DNA of 64,000 nucleotides from Candidatus Latescibacterota bacterium (GTDB lineage: Bacteria > Latescibacterota > UBA2968 > GCA-2709665): positions 2,208,001 through 2,272,000 of the forward strand of contig CBDCOX010000002.1 of assembly GCA_965219995.1 (NCBI GenBank), written 5' to 3'. Positions 30,385 to 40,519 of the stretch are shown one piece after another. Both the position numbers and the translations under genes were made by a program. The notes beneath the pieces are model-generated. The model saw only the letters and a list, made by a program, of their open reading frames with translations. It was not told the origin of the DNA and made no database searches. The first letter of the stretch is position 1, and the number at the start of each line of letters is the position of its first letter.

Positions 30385-31383
30385 ATGCGTGACATCGTGA
30401 TGTTCGGCGGCACGGCGCATCCGGAACTGGCGGAGAACATCTGCAGCCACCTCGGCGTCGCCCGTAGCCGCAGCACGCTGAATCAGTTCAGCAACGGATG
30501 CTTCCAGGTGCAACTCGAGGCCAATTGCCGGGAGGCCGACGTCTTTTTCATACAACCGATGGTGATGCCGGTTCACGACCATCTGATGGAACTGTTGCAG
30601 ATGCTTGACGCCGCCAGGGGCGCATCGGCGGCGCGTACGACGGCCGTGATACCCTATTTCGGCTATGCGCGTTCGGACAAGAAGGACGCGCCCCGGATCT
30701 CAATTGCGGCCCGGCTCGTCGCGGACCTGCTTTGCACGGCCGGCGCCAGCCGCGTGCTCACCATGACGCTGCACGCGGCCCAGGTGCACGGCTTCTTCAG
30801 CGTACCCGTGGACCACCTCAACGCGCTCCACATTTTAGCCGGCCACTTTCAGGGCCGCGACCTTGAGAATACCGTGGTGGTATCGCCTGACCTTGGCCGG
30901 GCTAAAGAAGCCGCCCACTTCGCGAGGATGCTGGGGCTGCCCGTGGCCGCGGGCAGCAAGCGCCGGATCAGCGACCGGGAGGTCGTTATCGATGCGATTG
31001 TAGGTGACGTCAACGGCAAACGCGTGATCGTCCTGGACGATGAGATCGCCACCGGCGGTACGATTGTCGAATTGATCCGCCGTCTACGCGAGCGGAGAGT
31101 TAACCAGATCACCATCACCTGCACACACGGACTCTTTTCGAGCAATGACCTCGAGCGGTTCTGCGCATTGGACGAAGTCCGGGAGGTCGTGACGACGGAT
31201 ACGGTGCCCCGGTCCGCGGCGATTCAGTCGCACGAGAAACTGACGACTTTGTCCGTGGCGCCCCTGCTTGCCGAAGCCATTCGCAGAATTCACAACGGCG
31301 AATCGGTCAGCAGCCTGTTCACGGCGCCTGAATGGGTCGGGGGAGAGAATAAAACCGGTGAGACGGGAGACGGGAGACGGTAG
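30385..31383 (+). CDS. prs: Ribose-phosphate pyrophosphokinase
   Basis: IPYFGYARSDKK, LHAAQVHGFF, VVSPDLG, DDEIATGGT and THGLFS. Confidence 0.95.
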   Translation: MRDIVMFGGTAHPELAENICSHLGVARSRSTLNQFSNGCFQVQLEANCREADVFFIQPMVMPVHDHLMELLQMLDAARGASAARTTAVIPYFGYARSDKKDAPRISIAARLVADLLCTAGASRVLTMTLHAAQVHGFFSVPVDHLNALHILAGHFQGRDLENTVVVSPDLGRAKEAAHFARMLGLPVAAGSKRRISDREVVIDAIVGDVNGKRVIVLDDEIATGGTIVELIRRLRERRVNQITITCTHGLFSSNDLERFCALDEVREVVTTDTVPRSAAIQSHEKLTTLSVAPLLAEAIRRIHNGESVSSLFTAPEWVGGENKTGETGDGRR

Positions 31384-31500
31384 ACGATCACCCCGCGTCC
31401 ACAGGGCGTCGATATGGCCTGGCGAAATCTACCGGCGATATGCGCGAAACCTCTCCCCCGGTCGGCCCCCTCTCACTTCAACAGTCTAACGTCTTCCCGC

Positions 31501-33729
31501 CTACCTCGGCCTGAACGCGCCGGTCCCGTCATTCTTCCAGATCAGGTTTCTCGCGGCATCGTCCACCACGATATCCACGTCTCCGTCGGCATCGCAATCG
31601 CACATGCGGATCCAGCCAATCCAATCGGCTTCCGGGTCCGCATTCTCATGAAGCGACTCAACAGTGCGATCCTCGAAGCGGCGAGGGTCAGTCTGTTCGA
31701 CCAGTTGTATATAGTATCCCTCATACCACTCCTCGGTAGAATCGTCACTCGTCCGGTTGACGACGATGTCTTTGTCTCCGTCACCGTCGGTATCGTACAC
31801 GTCAATATCTACGACGATGCCGCGACCGGCGACGCCCGGCAAAACCGTCTCTCGACTCGTACTGTATGTACCGGTACGGTCACCCCACAAGATCCGGGTC
31901 GGGAAGTCGCTATCAGGGGGAGCATACTCATGACCCGCGGCCAGGAGGTCCAGGAAACCATCACGATCGACATCGACCAACTCAGCCGTGTATAGCTGAT
32001 CATGGCGGATTCCTTCGATTCGGGCCGCATCCTGCGCAAACGAGCCGCTTCCGTCATTCATGAGAAAGAACGGCGCATCGAACGGCGAGTTGGTAACGAA
32101 CACGTCGATGTCCCCGTCAGCGTCGACATCGGCCGATGCACCTCCGTGATGAAAACCGATAAGTCCCTCCAACCCCTGCCCAAGAACGTATCCATCTTCT
32201 GAGGATAGAATTAGATACGGCGCCGCTCCGGGAAATGGCGGTTTGTCATAGCCGTGATCCAATATGAAGACATCCATTCGGCCGTCTCCGTTGAAATCTC
32301 CCGGAAGAGCCTTTCTCGGGGACAACCGACCGGGCGGATTCGCACCCAGGAACGTCGTGTCGAGTGTGAAGCACCCCGCTCCGTCGTTCAGGTACAACTC
32401 GACGGGAATCGGATCGCGCTGCGTGCCATCGCTGGGCGCGAAAAAGACGTCCACGTGACCGTCGCCGTTGAAATCTGCATACGCCACGGCAGCGATACCA
32501 CCGCGCAGGTATCCTCCTCTAATTCCGTCGTGACCGATGTACAGGTGGCTCGTCTGCAACGTATGGGAGCTTCCCGCATCCACCGAGTGATCGTCCGGAA
32601 GGATTGAACTACACATCGTAATTGCCGGAATTCTATCAAATTGCACGTTCGCGCCTCTATTGCGTAGGGCCGGCAGGTGCGTACTGAAAGACTCCTCCGT
32701 CAACGGGTTATTCCTCGCGTCGATCTCGTCGCCGCTGTCGATCCCTGTGTTGGCCGCCAGAGGCGAAAAGTCGGATATTCTATTGTGGCTAAGATTGAGG
32801 TGGGTCAGATTGATCATGTTGGCCAGCGCCGAGATGTCCGAGCTGCACTCCTGGATCCTGTTATGGCTGAGATTCAGCGATCTCAGATTTGTCAACTCGG
32901 AGAGCGCAGAAATGTCTGCGATTCCATTTTCGCTGAGATCGAGTTCGGTCAGATTGATCAGGCCCGACAGATCTGAGATGTCCGAGAGCCCATTCCGAAA
33001 AAGCGCCAGATTCGTCAGTGTGTTCAACCCTGATATCGCGGATACGTCCCTGATTTCGTTGCCGCCAAGTGTCAGGGATGTCAGATGTGTCAAACCGGCG
33101 AGAGGTGCGATGTTTGAGATGCGGTTGTCGTTCAGGTGCAGGTCTGTCAGTCCTGTCAGACCCGATAACGGAGAAAGTTCGGATATTGCGTTACCGTAGA
33201 AAACCAGTGTTCTCAGATCCGTCAAATCACAGAGCGCAGAGACGTCGGAGAATGGGTTGTACGTCAGCCACAGGGACTCCATATTGGTGGCGAACTGGAG
33301 CCCGGTCAAATCACTGATACTCGCTTCGTGCGCCTTCAGCTCGGTCAAAGTCGCCATTTCCGCGCGTGTGATCGGCGCATCGCGGGCTTTCCCAAGGCTG
33401 TCCGCGACCACAGCGCGTAGATTGGCATCCGGAATCCTCACGTCATTCTCATCCCCGCCGTAGGGCGACGCCTTGCCGAAGTTCTGGGCGAAAATCAGAA
33501 AATCCGGAAAGCCGATCGTGCCGTCGCCATCCAGGTCGAATCGCTCGTCGAACGTCTCATCGCCGTGGCTTGACCCGAATCGGCCAGCGAACTGAACGAA
33601 GTCCGCGAATCCCACCACGCCGTCTTCGTCGAAATCAGGGACGGGACCAGACTGGAACGGTTGTACATCGGACCCCAGGGCCCAGAGGCAACCCGCGGCG
33701 GCAGCGAGTATGATGGAGATGCGCCTCAT
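31501..33729 (-). CDS. Secreted dockerin/EF-hand + internalin-type LRR + FG-GAP/VCBS propeller protein
   Basis: Signal peptide; DFDEDGVVGFADF; IPDANLR cap; about nine LxxLTxLxLxxNxISD repeats; DFNGDG, DVDADGDID and DVDRDGFLD repeats. Confidence 0.9.
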   Translation of the reverse strand: MRRISIILAAAAGCLWALGSDVQPFQSGPVPDFDEDGVVGFADFVQFAGRFGSSHGDETFDERFDLDGDGTIGFPDFLIFAQNFGKASPYGGDENDVRIPDANLRAVVADSLGKARDAPITRAEMATLTELKAHEASISDLTGLQFATNMESLWLTYNPFSDVSALCDLTDLRTLVFYGNAISELSPLSGLTGLTDLHLNDNRISNIAPLAGLTHLTSLTLGGNEIRDVSAISGLNTLTNLALFRNGLSDISDLSGLINLTELDLSENGIADISALSELTNLRSLNLSHNRIQECSSDISALANMINLTHLNLSHNRISDFSPLAANTGIDSGDEIDARNNPLTEESFSTHLPALRNRGANVQFDRIPAITMCSSILPDDHSVDAGSSHTLQTSHLYIGHDGIRGGYLRGGIAAVAYADFNGDGHVDVFFAPSDGTQRDPIPVELYLNDGAGCFTLDTTFLGANPPGRLSPRKALPGDFNGDGRMDVFILDHGYDKPPFPGAAPYLILSSEDGYVLGQGLEGLIGFHHGGASADVDADGDIDVFVTNSPFDAPFFLMNDGSGSFAQDAARIEGIRHDQLYTAELVDVDRDGFLDLLAAGHEYAPPDSDFPTRILWGDRTGTYSTSRETVLPGVAGRGIVVDIDVYDTDGDGDKDIVVNRTSDDSTEEWYEGYYIQLVEQTDPRRFEDRTVESLHENADPEADWIGWIRMCDCDADGDVDIVVDDAARNLIWKNDGTGAFRPR

Positions 33730-34029
33730 ACAGCGAAATCCTTTCGTGACGTGCAGAACTTACGGCTGTAGACCCTGTGCCGGCTTCGACAGACCGGATT
33801 CGGGGAGACTTATGCAATCGGTCAGGCTCCGGGCCCCGGACTGGACCCGTTAACGCGGAATCAATCGGGTTCGAACCGGGTCGCCCCGTATAACCACGTC
33901 TTCGTGCAGGGTCGTTCCAGAGCCTCCTGTCAAATCAAATTGGCAAAAAATGAAACTGTTTTTCTTGTCATTTACCGAATTATAACTATAATTCCCATCC
34001 GGTAACGTTTTTCCCAGGATGCGCTTTTG

Positions 34030-34311
34030 CGATCTGTCGAACGGACGATCGACACCGAGCTCTCTGTCGAACTGTCCTTTCTGTAAAACTTCGATGCGAC
34101 CAAACAGGCCATTCAGAACATCGTCGATTTGCCGGATCGACAGATTGATCTCTTCATTCGTTTCTGTATCCAGAACAACGGCCGCCTTTCCGCACGGAAG
34201 CGAGCCAGCCACTTCAGCCGCCTGGCGGACGAGGAAATCGACGCCATGGAGCGGGCTGTGCAATCGAATTACGGAAACGGAACGGCGGCCGATCCGAAAA
34301 TCCAGGAGTGA
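34030..34311 (+). pseudogene. Fic-family protein C-terminal fragment
   Basis: TIDTEL..ELSFL*NFDATKQAIQNIVDLPDRQIDLFIRFCIQNNGRLSARKR with an internal TAA at 34084; no Fic catalytic motif. Confidence 0.65.
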
Positions 34312-34329
34312 GACGGGGAGGCAACCGCC

Positions 34330-34452
34330 GCGGATGACGCATATTTTCTGGACTGCGCCCGCCGGCATGGTGCGCCGCTGTTGAAGCTGGACCGAACGCT
34401 CGGACGAGCCGCAGGTGTATCGGGTATCAGGCTCGTCAGCCTGGAGGGATAG
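34330..34452 (+). pseudogene. VapC/PIN toxin C-terminal fragment
   Basis: My translation ADDAYFLDCARRHGAPLLKLDRTLGRAAGVSGIRLVSLEG* matches the PIN (Y)DAxxL..PLxTLD pattern; abuts the Phd start. Confidence 0.6.
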
Positions 34453-34453
34453 A

Positions 34454-35257
34454 ATGGACGTATATACCTATTCGGAAGCCAGGCAGAATTTCTCAACCGT
34501 ACTCGACAAAGCCGCGGCGACGGGCAAGGTCATCATACGTCGAAAAGACGGCAGGACCCGCGCCCATGTGCCGGAACCGTCCTCCGATGCCGCGGCGCAT
34601 GGCCGGCTATATCGGGCGCGCCGGTCTTTTCGAGTGTCATCTACCTGCGGCCCGATGCCGGGCGCCGCGATCCGGGTCAGTATCTGCTCGCATCCTGGTC
34701 ATCGGGTGCTTGTGCAATACAAAGTGATCCGGCTGAGTGAATTGGAAGGTCAACGGATTCTCGATGCCGGCCACGTCGGGCTGATTGCCTTTGCGCCGCT
34801 GATGAAGCCGCCGGAAGGGATGGCTTCCCAGGTATGGTTGCGCCATTGCATTCAAGCTGCTCAGGCCCGGCCAATTGCTCGGTCGGAGTTGGCCGACTAC
34901 CCGGCGGGCATGTCGTTGCTCAGCGGGCTGGCGTATGCGCCGGAAACCATTTCTGACGTCATTTCGAAGGAGGGTATCATGGACCTCATACGCGAATCAT
35001 CCTTTGCCCGATACCTTACCCAACAAGGTATAGAGCAGGGTATCGAACAAGGCGTCGAGCGAGGCATCGAGCAGGGGCTCCGCGAGAGCATCGTGGCCGT
35101 CCTGGAGATTCGATTCGATCTTTCCGCGTCGCATCCCCTGGCCGATTGGATTTCGGGCATTGACGACGTACAGCGCCTTAAGGCTTTACTCCGCGCGGCG
35201 ATCCAGATATCCGGTCCGGAGGCATTCGGACAGTTGTTGGATGGAGAACAACCCTGA
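34454..35257 (+). pseudogene. Chimeric ORF: Phd/YefM antitoxin N-terminus joined to an Rpn-family C-terminal half
   Basis: MDVYTYSEARQNFSTVLDKA..VIIRRKDG, a low-quality linker, then YKVIRL..FAPLM..QGIEQGIEQGVERGIEQG..LEIRF. Confidence 0.65.
34979..35257 (+). CDS. Internally initiated RpnS-like small protein (92 aa)
   Basis: In-frame ATG preceded by AAGGAGGG (34967-34974); MDLIRESSFARYLTQQGIEQG.. Confidence 0.55.
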   Translation: MDLIRESSFARYLTQQGIEQGIEQGVERGIEQGLRESIVAVLEIRFDLSASHPLADWISGIDDVQRLKALLRAAIQISGPEAFGQLLDGEQP

Positions 35258-35293
35258 TATCCATTCCCTGAATTACCCGATTCGACGCGGTCG

Positions 35294-35625
35294 TCTGCCT
35301 GCCGGCAGGGCCTCCTCAGGATGACAGTTTCGGCGCAGTTATGGCCGATACATTTTTCTAAAGCCTATTGCAAGACATGTCATTCTGAGCGAAGCGAAGA
35401 ATCTCCCGTCTTCCGGATCGTCCTATACACAGCGACGCGGCAAACACATTGGCGCGGACACATCTTCCGCCCTCTGGCTCCATCCCATGCCACAGGAGAT
35501 CCACCGGCGGCCTGTCGTTCTCAGCGACCTCGAAGAGCCCCTACCAAAGCGTGGTCATTGCTTGCACTGAGCTTGCCGAAGTAAGCATGCCTGCATTGAG
35601 CTTGTCGAAATGTCGAAATGCCCGT
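35294..35625. repeat. REP-like repeat cluster, left flank of the paralog array
   Basis: CCTCCTCAGGATGACA (to 35326), GTCATTCTGAGCGAAGCGAAGAATCT (35379-35404), composite CTGAGCTTGTCGAA unit (35549-35625). Confidence 0.8.
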
Positions 35626-36020
35626 ATATCGGAATCCCTTCGACACTCGCGCATCCTCGCAGTGGCCGGTTCGGGCGCAGCCGAAACCGATCGAGCACGG
35701 CCATAGCCACAAAAAGCACAAAAGGCACAGAACACATGGGGCAGTGCCGAACGGAGTGTCGTCCCCGGTGCCGACCCAGGTCACGAACTATTGGCAGTAC
35801 GAACAATTACCCGCCAGCCCTTGACCCTGCAGCACGCCGCAGTTCTGCGCCTTGCTCGCGCGAAGCTTCGTTCTGGCTTCGTCATTCGACACTCGTTTGA
35901 GCGCGCAGTGGTCGTTGAACGCGGCCATACAATAGAACCGTGCGTGGTCATTCGGCGCAAAACCGCTCCAGTGCGTTTCCCCGCAGACGGCACGTTTCGC
36001 AAACCCACCAGGTATGTTGT

Positions 36021-37343
36021 TCACCAATCCATTCGGCGGCATTTCTTAAGTTTTACATTTTTATTTTCCATCCGGTTACCGTGATCATACGTGCTGCGAA
36101 TGCAGGCTGACCACGTTGATCCTTCCTCGTTACGTAAAGTGTAATAAAACCAGGTCCCATCCTTTTTGCCTTCCACATAATCACCCTTGTTTCGTCCGAT
36201 AGAGTATGCCCCCACTTGACCAGAACAGTCGAAACGCCGATAGGTCCATGTGCCCGTCCTTAGACCATTTGTGTCGTAATGACCGGATCCGACCCACGTC
36301 CAGGGCTTGCTATCAAAATTGACGTTGCTGAGTTCACCATTCTGCCAGTAGCCCCTTTTCTGTCCATCCACGTATTTCCCGCGAACAGTGATCTTCTTGG
36401 AAACCCCTTCAGAGTGAGCACAGATCTCAGTCTCTCCGTACCACACACCTTGTTCCCTACCCGCCACAAACGACCCTTGCATTGCTGCCCCTGACCGGGT
36501 ACGTAAGATCCAATGGCCGTGCTTCTCGCCGTCGACATACGGTCCTTCAGATCCGCCACCACGTGAATCACGCAGGACCCAATGACCGCGCTTCTTTCCG
36601 TCCACATAAGGACCTTCGGATCCTCCACCGCGTGAGTCGCGCCAGACCCAGTGGCCGTGCTTCTTGTTGGCTACGTATGGGCCTTCGGATCCTCCACCGT
36701 ATGAGTCGTGCCCGACCCAATTGCCGTGCTTTTTTCCTTTCGCAAGAATGCCGCTATCCGAAAACTCGTAGTCGCCTTTAGACACCATCAGCGTGCCCTT
36801 TCCGTGGGCCACGTTCCCTGAACACTTGCCGGACCAGGTTACGGTCCAATCCTCATCGTAGTTTTCTTCCCAGACATAACATTTGGGATGGCTGGTCAGT
36901 TCATTCCAGCACGCAACGCCTGCAGGCTTTCCCGCGCAGGTTTCCTCCGCACTGATCTCAGGCCATTCAGCCTCGAGCGACAACGCGAGCGCCTGCTTGT
37001 AGTACTCGCCATCTCGACCCGTTAATGACAGATACCTGTTGACGGAATCCAGCGCGATCCTGACTGAGTCAACTGAAATCGCAACGCGAGCATATTTGTA
37101 GTGAAATTCGTCTGGCAAACTGAACTTGTGCTCTTTCTGCAGTGCGATGATTTTCTGCATCAATTCGAAGGCGGCTGCATTATCCTCTACAGCATAAAGT
37201 TGCCCTGCCTGTAACAGATATCTGTCCGCCAGGATCTCGGGCGGGAGCTGGGCGGAGGCCAGAGAAAAAAAGCGGATCAGGATTAACAGGATTGAAACGA
37301 TTGGCAGGATTGAGACCCTGAAACCCTTAGTCGATGGCCGCAC
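36021..37343 (-). CDS. Secreted helical + Cys-rich + MORN-like repeat protein, paralog 1 (long repeat tract)
   Basis: Signal peptide; LPPEILADRYL; ETCAGKP..CW.EL..HP.CYVW; 23-aa G.YV.GKK.G.W repeats; GTG 37343 aligns with the start of paralog 4. Confidence 0.85.
   Translation of the reverse strand: MRPSTKGFRVSILPIVSILLILIRFFSLASAQLPPEILADRYLLQAGQLYAVEDNAAAFELMQKIIALQKEHKFSLPDEFHYKYARVAISVDSVRIALDSVNRYLSLTGRDGEYYKQALALSLEAEWPEISAEETCAGKPAGVACWNELTSHPKCYVWEENYDEDWTVTWSGKCSGNVAHGKGTLMVSKGDYEFSDSGILAKGKKHGNWVGHDSYGGGSEGPYVANKKHGHWVWRDSRGGGSEGPYVDGKKRGHWVLRDSRGGGSEGPYVDGEKHGHWILRTRSGAAMQGSFVAGREQGVWYGETEICAHSEGVSKKITVRGKYVDGQKRGYWQNGELSNVNFDSKPWTWVGSGHYDTNGLRTGTWTYRRFDCSGQVGAYSIGRNKGDYVEGKKDGTWFYYTLRNEEGSTWSACIRSTYDHGNRMENKNVKLKKCRRMDW
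36511..36735 (-). repeat. Intragenic 69-bp tandem repeat (about 3 copies)
   Basis: GHWVxRDSRGGGSEGPYVDGKK units, similar at DNA level. Confidence 0.85.
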
Positions 37344-37671
37344 TCTGTCTTTCCCTCCCGTGTGTCCCAAGAGTCGCGCAACCCAGGCGCTATTGGATGA
37401 TTGTTGTACTCGCCTTTCTTGTTCTGGCCGTGACGGTGCACTTCACTCGAAACGGGAATGCCTGACAGTCACGATCTGAAACACCGGACCTGATCGTCCA
37501 ATACCCTTTGAACCGTTTCCCGATATCGTCTGTCGGCATTGGCGTTGCTCGGGAACTTCCGGCGTCCTTTTTCCTGGCACCGTCGTGTGTCCGCAGTTGA
37601 CCCACCTGCCGCTCTGTTCATGGACGCAATCGCGATGTTCTCATTCCGGCTGCGTTGTGCGGTTGATTCGG

Positions 37672-38472
37672 CTAAAAGTCACACGTTGAATCACTTGCGT
37701 CGTTCCATTTAGTTTCTCGATCACCATTTCGGAATATTGCTGATAGACACCTATCTCCCGACGGGCGGCCACCTGGACGAAACCTCAGCCATCTGCCTTC
37801 CCTTTTTCCAGCCACATATTCGCCCTTCCATTTCGACTCGCCCTTGTTGTCCCCGAAATCCTTTCTCTCGACCCAATGCCCAACGGACTTTCCTTTCTCC
37901 AGGCGACCTGTGTGCGAGAACTTCCACTTTCTCCGATCATCTGCCAAGATCAGCGTTCCCGGACCGTGCGCGACGCTGCCGTAACGGTTGCCTGACCAGG
38001 TTGCGATCCAGTCCTCATCGTAGTTCTCGTCCCAAACGTAACATTGAGGGTGGCTGGTCAGTTCCCGCCAGCACGCAACGCCGTACGGCTTTCCGGCACA
38101 GGTTTCCTCGGCACTGATTTCAGGAGATTCAGCCTTAAGGGACAATGCCAATGCCTCCTTGTAAAACTCCCCGTCTCTTCCCGCTAACACCAGATACCTG
38201 TTCACTGAGTCAAGCGCAATCTGCATTGAATCCGCCGACAGGGCTAACTGTGCATACCTGAAATGATATTCGTCGGGCAATTTGAAATTGTGCGTTTTCT
38301 GCAGTGCGACGATTTTCTCCATCACTTTGAAGGCGCCAGCATATTCTTTCTCAGCGTACAGCTCTTCCGCTTGCACCAGATATCGGTCCGCCATAATCTC
38401 CGGCGGAAGCTCGGCCCGGACCTCTGTGCAGTTCACCAGCAAAACGCAGAGGATTAAGGTTGCGCGCCACAT
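37672..38472 (-). CDS. Paralog 2 of the same family
   Basis: Signal peptide, LPPEIMADRYLVQAE, Cys domain, about 2 repeats, ends STCDF; AAGGAGG RBS. Confidence 0.85.
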   Translation of the reverse strand: MWRATLILCVLLVNCTEVRAELPPEIMADRYLVQAEELYAEKEYAGAFKVMEKIVALQKTHNFKLPDEYHFRYAQLALSADSMQIALDSVNRYLVLAGRDGEFYKEALALSLKAESPEISAEETCAGKPYGVACWRELTSHPQCYVWDENYDEDWIATWSGNRYGSVAHGPGTLILADDRRKWKFSHTGRLEKGKSVGHWVERKDFGDNKGESKWKGEYVAGKREGRWLRFRPGGRPSGDRCLSAIFRNGDRETKWNDASDSTCDF

Positions 38473-38583
38473 GGATGCCTCCTTGTATCGTTGATCTGAC
38501 CTATTGGAATTGTTTCGGTTTACTTATGCAAGACTTCTCAGCAGATTTTGCCAAAATGCATTGCCGAATTCTGAAATCGTCGC

Positions 38584-39003
38584 TTATGCACAGGATCCGG
38601 GTGGCGCGTCGATCGAAACGTGGAAACCAGTCGCGCACGATATGCGACTTTCCGCCTCTTCGCCAGAGCTCCTCAGGCGCCCTGACACCGTCGAATTCTT
38701 TAAGACAAACTCAAGCGCCTGTTCGGGCATCTCCACAAAAACCGCCGCTTTCGCGTACCGGAAATGGAACGCATTCGGCAGGGCCATGTCGTACTGCTCC
38801 TGCAAGGCGCGGACGCACCGGATCACCGTCCGTGCTCGGTCCTGATCCCCATCGCGAATGGCCTGCTGCGCCTGCAACAAATATGCGCCCGCCCTGATCT
38901 CGGGCAAGAGTTGGGCGGAGGTGGCAGAAAAACCGATCAGGATTATCAGGATTGATACGATTGGCAGGATGAAATCATGAATGCTGAGGATTGCAGGATG
39001 CAT
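38584..39003 (-). pseudogene. Truncated, divergent paralog 3 (N-terminal helical domain only)
   Basis: ILPIVSILIILI signal nearly identical to paralog 1; LLPEIRAGAYLLQA..LPNAFHFRYA; homology lost after about 105 aa. Confidence 0.7.
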
Positions 39004-39420
39004 GGTTCGGCTCCCAATTCAGACAGCTATAGGTGAACGTCTCCGAGCGGCACGGAAACGCGACCCTCGACCGATTCTGAAACGGTGCTCATTGTATCAT
39101 ACTCGACGGCGAAAGGTATCGCAGTCCAAATCCGTTACCGTATTCGCCGAAAAAAACCGTGGAAAGGACGACGAAAAACACTAAATACAGGCACGGTCCA
39201 AAACCCCCAAATCGCCACTTTCAGGAGGCACCGCTATGCCGATCATGAGTGGCCCGACTAGGGCGATCCGCGACACCGGTTGCTCAACTCGCAATACCCC
39301 GTGAGTTTCATGTCGTCGTGCTCAAACTCCGCGGGGTGTCACTCTCTCAATTCACGCGGCCAACCGTTTTATTACATCGTCTCCGTTTGATAACCTCCCA
39401 CACTTTGTGCAAGTGCTAGA

Positions 39421-39954
39421 CTATTCCAACTGGAAAGCATCATTGAGCTTTGAAAAATCTGTCGCTGTTGCAACACCCGCGCCGAAAGTTATAAATTCGT
39501 TAAAGGTCGGAACGACGTGAGGCGTTGTGCACTTGGTACAAGAAGGCCTAATTTTATAGCCGCGCCGCAGACTGTATGCAGCAACGATCGCGACCCTTGG
39601 GGCTGTGCGCCATCCTACTCCCATGGAGAATCCCTGGATTAACTTCCCTTCTTTGGGCCAAAGATCAAGGGTTAGCAATATTCCTACATTTTTTTCGGAT
39701 GGGTCCAGCAGCAGACCAGTTATTCGCGCAGGCCGAATTCTACTGGCCATTCGAACTGTCGTCTCAGTTGAACAACCACGTCTCTCGATCTCGTAGTCAA
39801 CGACAGATTTGCCCAATCGGAAATCTAAGCCACCTGCAACGACCAGATGAAAATGCCTATTGCTGGTGTCAAGTGCGGCATCGGCGGAACAAGCGCTACG
39901 CACGCCGCTGACAATGACCGCACCAACCATGAGGAGTACGGGAAGGGTTTTCAC
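39421..39954 (-). CDS. Hypothetical exported beta-rich protein
   Basis: AGGAGG + GTG 39954; signal-like N-terminus; alternating beta-strand pattern; visibly lower GC. Confidence 0.55.
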   Translation of the reverse strand: MKTLPVLLMVGAVIVSGVRSACSADAALDTSNRHFHLVVAGGLDFRLGKSVVDYEIERRGCSTETTVRMASRIRPARITGLLLDPSEKNVGILLTLDLWPKEGKLIQGFSMGVGWRTAPRVAIVAAYSLRRGYKIRPSCTKCTTPHVVPTFNEFITFGAGVATATDFSKLNDAFQLE

Positions 39955-40117
39955 AGTATAACCTCCTGATAGAATCAGTTGAAGACGAACCATAGGCGTC
40001 GCAGTGAGAGAACTCATAATCTCAACTGTCATGTAGCCCGGTCTCTCGACAGACCCGCGCGATCTGATTGAGCGATACAAATGTACAGACCGACAGCACG
40101 TCAAGGCAGAGCTTCCA

Positions 40118-40519
40118 CTACCTTTCTGAGAGTTGCTTCGTTATATCCAATAGCCTCGCATTCACCCGATAAAAGTGCTTGTCAACGCAAGTATCTACCG
40201 CGGCGATTTCTACCAAAAGGCTGTCGCGCATGGCTTCGCGAGAATGAAGCGATCGCCGTGCCTCTGCTCTAATCGAATCCAGCATGACTTCATGCTTTTC
40301 GATTACAAGTTTCGCGAAGTCCTCGCTCAGACCCACCTTGACTTCCACATCTTCGAATTCAGTTCTAACTTGCTTGGCTGCAAGTTGATAACTGGCGAGA
40401 ATACTGGTGATCGTCAGTAAGAGCGACCATGTAGCTTTCCACTTCTCAGACGTCTTGTGGATTCCCCAAATGGCAAACCCACAGACAACCATTGCGAGCA
40501 AAAGCCAATAGATATCCAT
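40118..40519 (-). CDS. Hypothetical two-TM protein with helical tail
   Basis: AAAGGAG + ATG 40519 (MDIYWLL..); two hydrophobic segments; AT-richer DNA. Confidence 0.6.
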   Translation of the reverse strand: MDIYWLLLAMVVCGFAIWGIHKTSEKWKATWSLLLTITSILASYQLAAKQVRTEFEDVEVKVGLSEDFAKLVIEKHEVMLDSIRAEARRSLHSREAMRDSLLVEIAAVDTCVDKHFYRVNARLLDITKQLSER

